A stretch of 64,000 nt of DNA from Malacoraja senta (Eukaryota): NCBI GenBank assembly GCA_038087875.1, contig CM075990.1, positions 310,001-374,000 of the forward strand, written 5' to 3'. The notes under the pieces are model-generated. The model saw only the letters and a program-made list of their open reading frames with translations, had not been told where the DNA came from and searched no databases. Positions 62,669 to 64,000 of the stretch are shown here, piece after piece (the stretch's first letter is position 1; every line of letters begins with the position of its first letter). The translations under genes were made by a program, and so were the position numbers.

Positions 62669-64000
62669 GGTGGCGCAGCAGTAGAATTGCTGCCTTACAG
62701 CGCCAGAGACCCCAGTTCCATCTTGTCTGTACGGAGTCTGTACGTTCTCCCCATGACCTGTTTGGCTTTTCTCCGGATGCTTCGATTTCCTCCCACACCA
62801 CAAAGACATACAGGTTTGTAGGTTAATTGGCTTGGTATAATTGTAAATTGTCCCTTGTGTGTGTAGATAGCGTTAATGTGCGGGGATCGCTAGTCGGCAT
62901 GTACTTGGTGGGCTGAAGGGCCTGTTTCCACGCTGTATCTCTAAACTAAACTAAACTGCTGCAGCTGAGTCCTTCCACGTCCTTTTGTGTTCCTCATTCC
63001 AACACATGGAATCTGTTTTGTTTTCGTTAAACGTTCACTATCATCTTTTGAGGTCTGTTGTCAAAATATAGTCTTATGATGTTGAAAAAGTTCAAACTTT
63101 GGAAGAAACCAAATGTGAGGATGTTGTTAAAAAACAATTGTTGTTTATAATTTCAATTATAAATGAATAGCCCCTTATTCTGTAGTAATACTTCTTGTTT
63201 GTGACTCTCCCACATGTGGAAACATAGATTCACTGTTATATCATACAGAAATATGCCGTTCAACCCAATTTGTCCACATAAACCAAGATGCCCCTATTTC
63301 TCTGCTTTTGGCCCGTATCCACTGTCCTATCCATGCACCTGCCTAAATACCTTTTAAACAATGTAATTGTACCCAACACTACCACTTCCTCTGGCAGCTT
63401 GTTTCATATTTCCACCATCCTCTCCTTCAGATTTCCTTTAAATAATTCCTCTCATACCTTAAACCTGTGCCCTCTAGTTCTATACTCCCCTATCCTCATT
63501 ACTCATGACAAATCTAAAATAGCCTGTTCTCATGTATTTTCAACAATATACTGTTATAAAAAAAGCAATTCCCAAGGCACTCTGCAAATTCTTCATCTTT
63601 GATATCTTTACCATTTTTGTACAACCATTCAATATGTAGAGTAAAACCTTAATGCTTACTGTGCATGTTTCATGGTATTTCAAAAAATGGTGCTGAAAAG
63701 CAGATACATTATGTCTCTCCATCCTCCTTAATATTGATGGCTGTAGTCTCCTTGATGCATTTGATTTTGTTGGACCAGCAGGATCTCCTAAACAACATCA
63801 TGTTAACTGACCCTTATGTGCAAGCAATATACAAGTTAATTCATGTTATGCCTCATTCTGGTCAATTAACATTTTCTTATTGCTCACCAGCCTAGCTTGC
63901 ATCGCTTTATAATAAATGTTCAATGATGCTTATAACAGGAGAGATATATCCATTCACTTATCTCAAGAAACCAGGAAGAAAAATAAACTGATAATTGAAC
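62669..64000. repeat. Right arm of the inverted duplication (includes SINE 62668-62956; runs off the window)
   Basis: Reverse complement of 57579-58900. Confidence 0.92.

Overview
Repeat-dense eukaryotic DNA, most consistent with a cartilaginous fish: the evidence is HE1/V-SINE-type SINEs, abundant CR1, Rex1/Babar and Penelope remnants, and the taxon is an inference. I recognise no host protein-coding gene; most long ORFs in the track are artefacts of tandem repeats. The dominant structure is a family of six non-autonomous Helitron-like elements, labelled A-F here. Family hallmarks are a 5'-TCTA... start and a 3' TGGGACCC-nnn-GGGTCCCA hairpin followed by CTAG; at the two cleanest sites the insertion is between A and T with no target-site duplication. 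Copies A, B and C form a head-to-tail 23.9-kb stack (3888-27789) that splits one CR1 codon. The stack includes runs of short TC-initiated pieces that look like truncated copies of the element's own 5' end, and a structurally complete but decayed DIRS1-like retrotransposon. Copies C-F each carry a different but related satellite in the same internal slot (about 52, 45, 69-74 and 64/68 bp). In C this has expanded to an 11.3-kb array with higher-order repeats. In C, D and E the arrays sit just downstream of a TATA/Inr/splice-donor cassette. Also present: Penelope-derived palindromes with minimal hammerhead cores, Harbinger-like and 8-bp-TSD MITEs, two LTR-like remnants, a 200-N gap and a >1.3-kb inverted duplication at the right end. 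All coordinates were read by eye, and the boundaries of decayed repeats are approximate.
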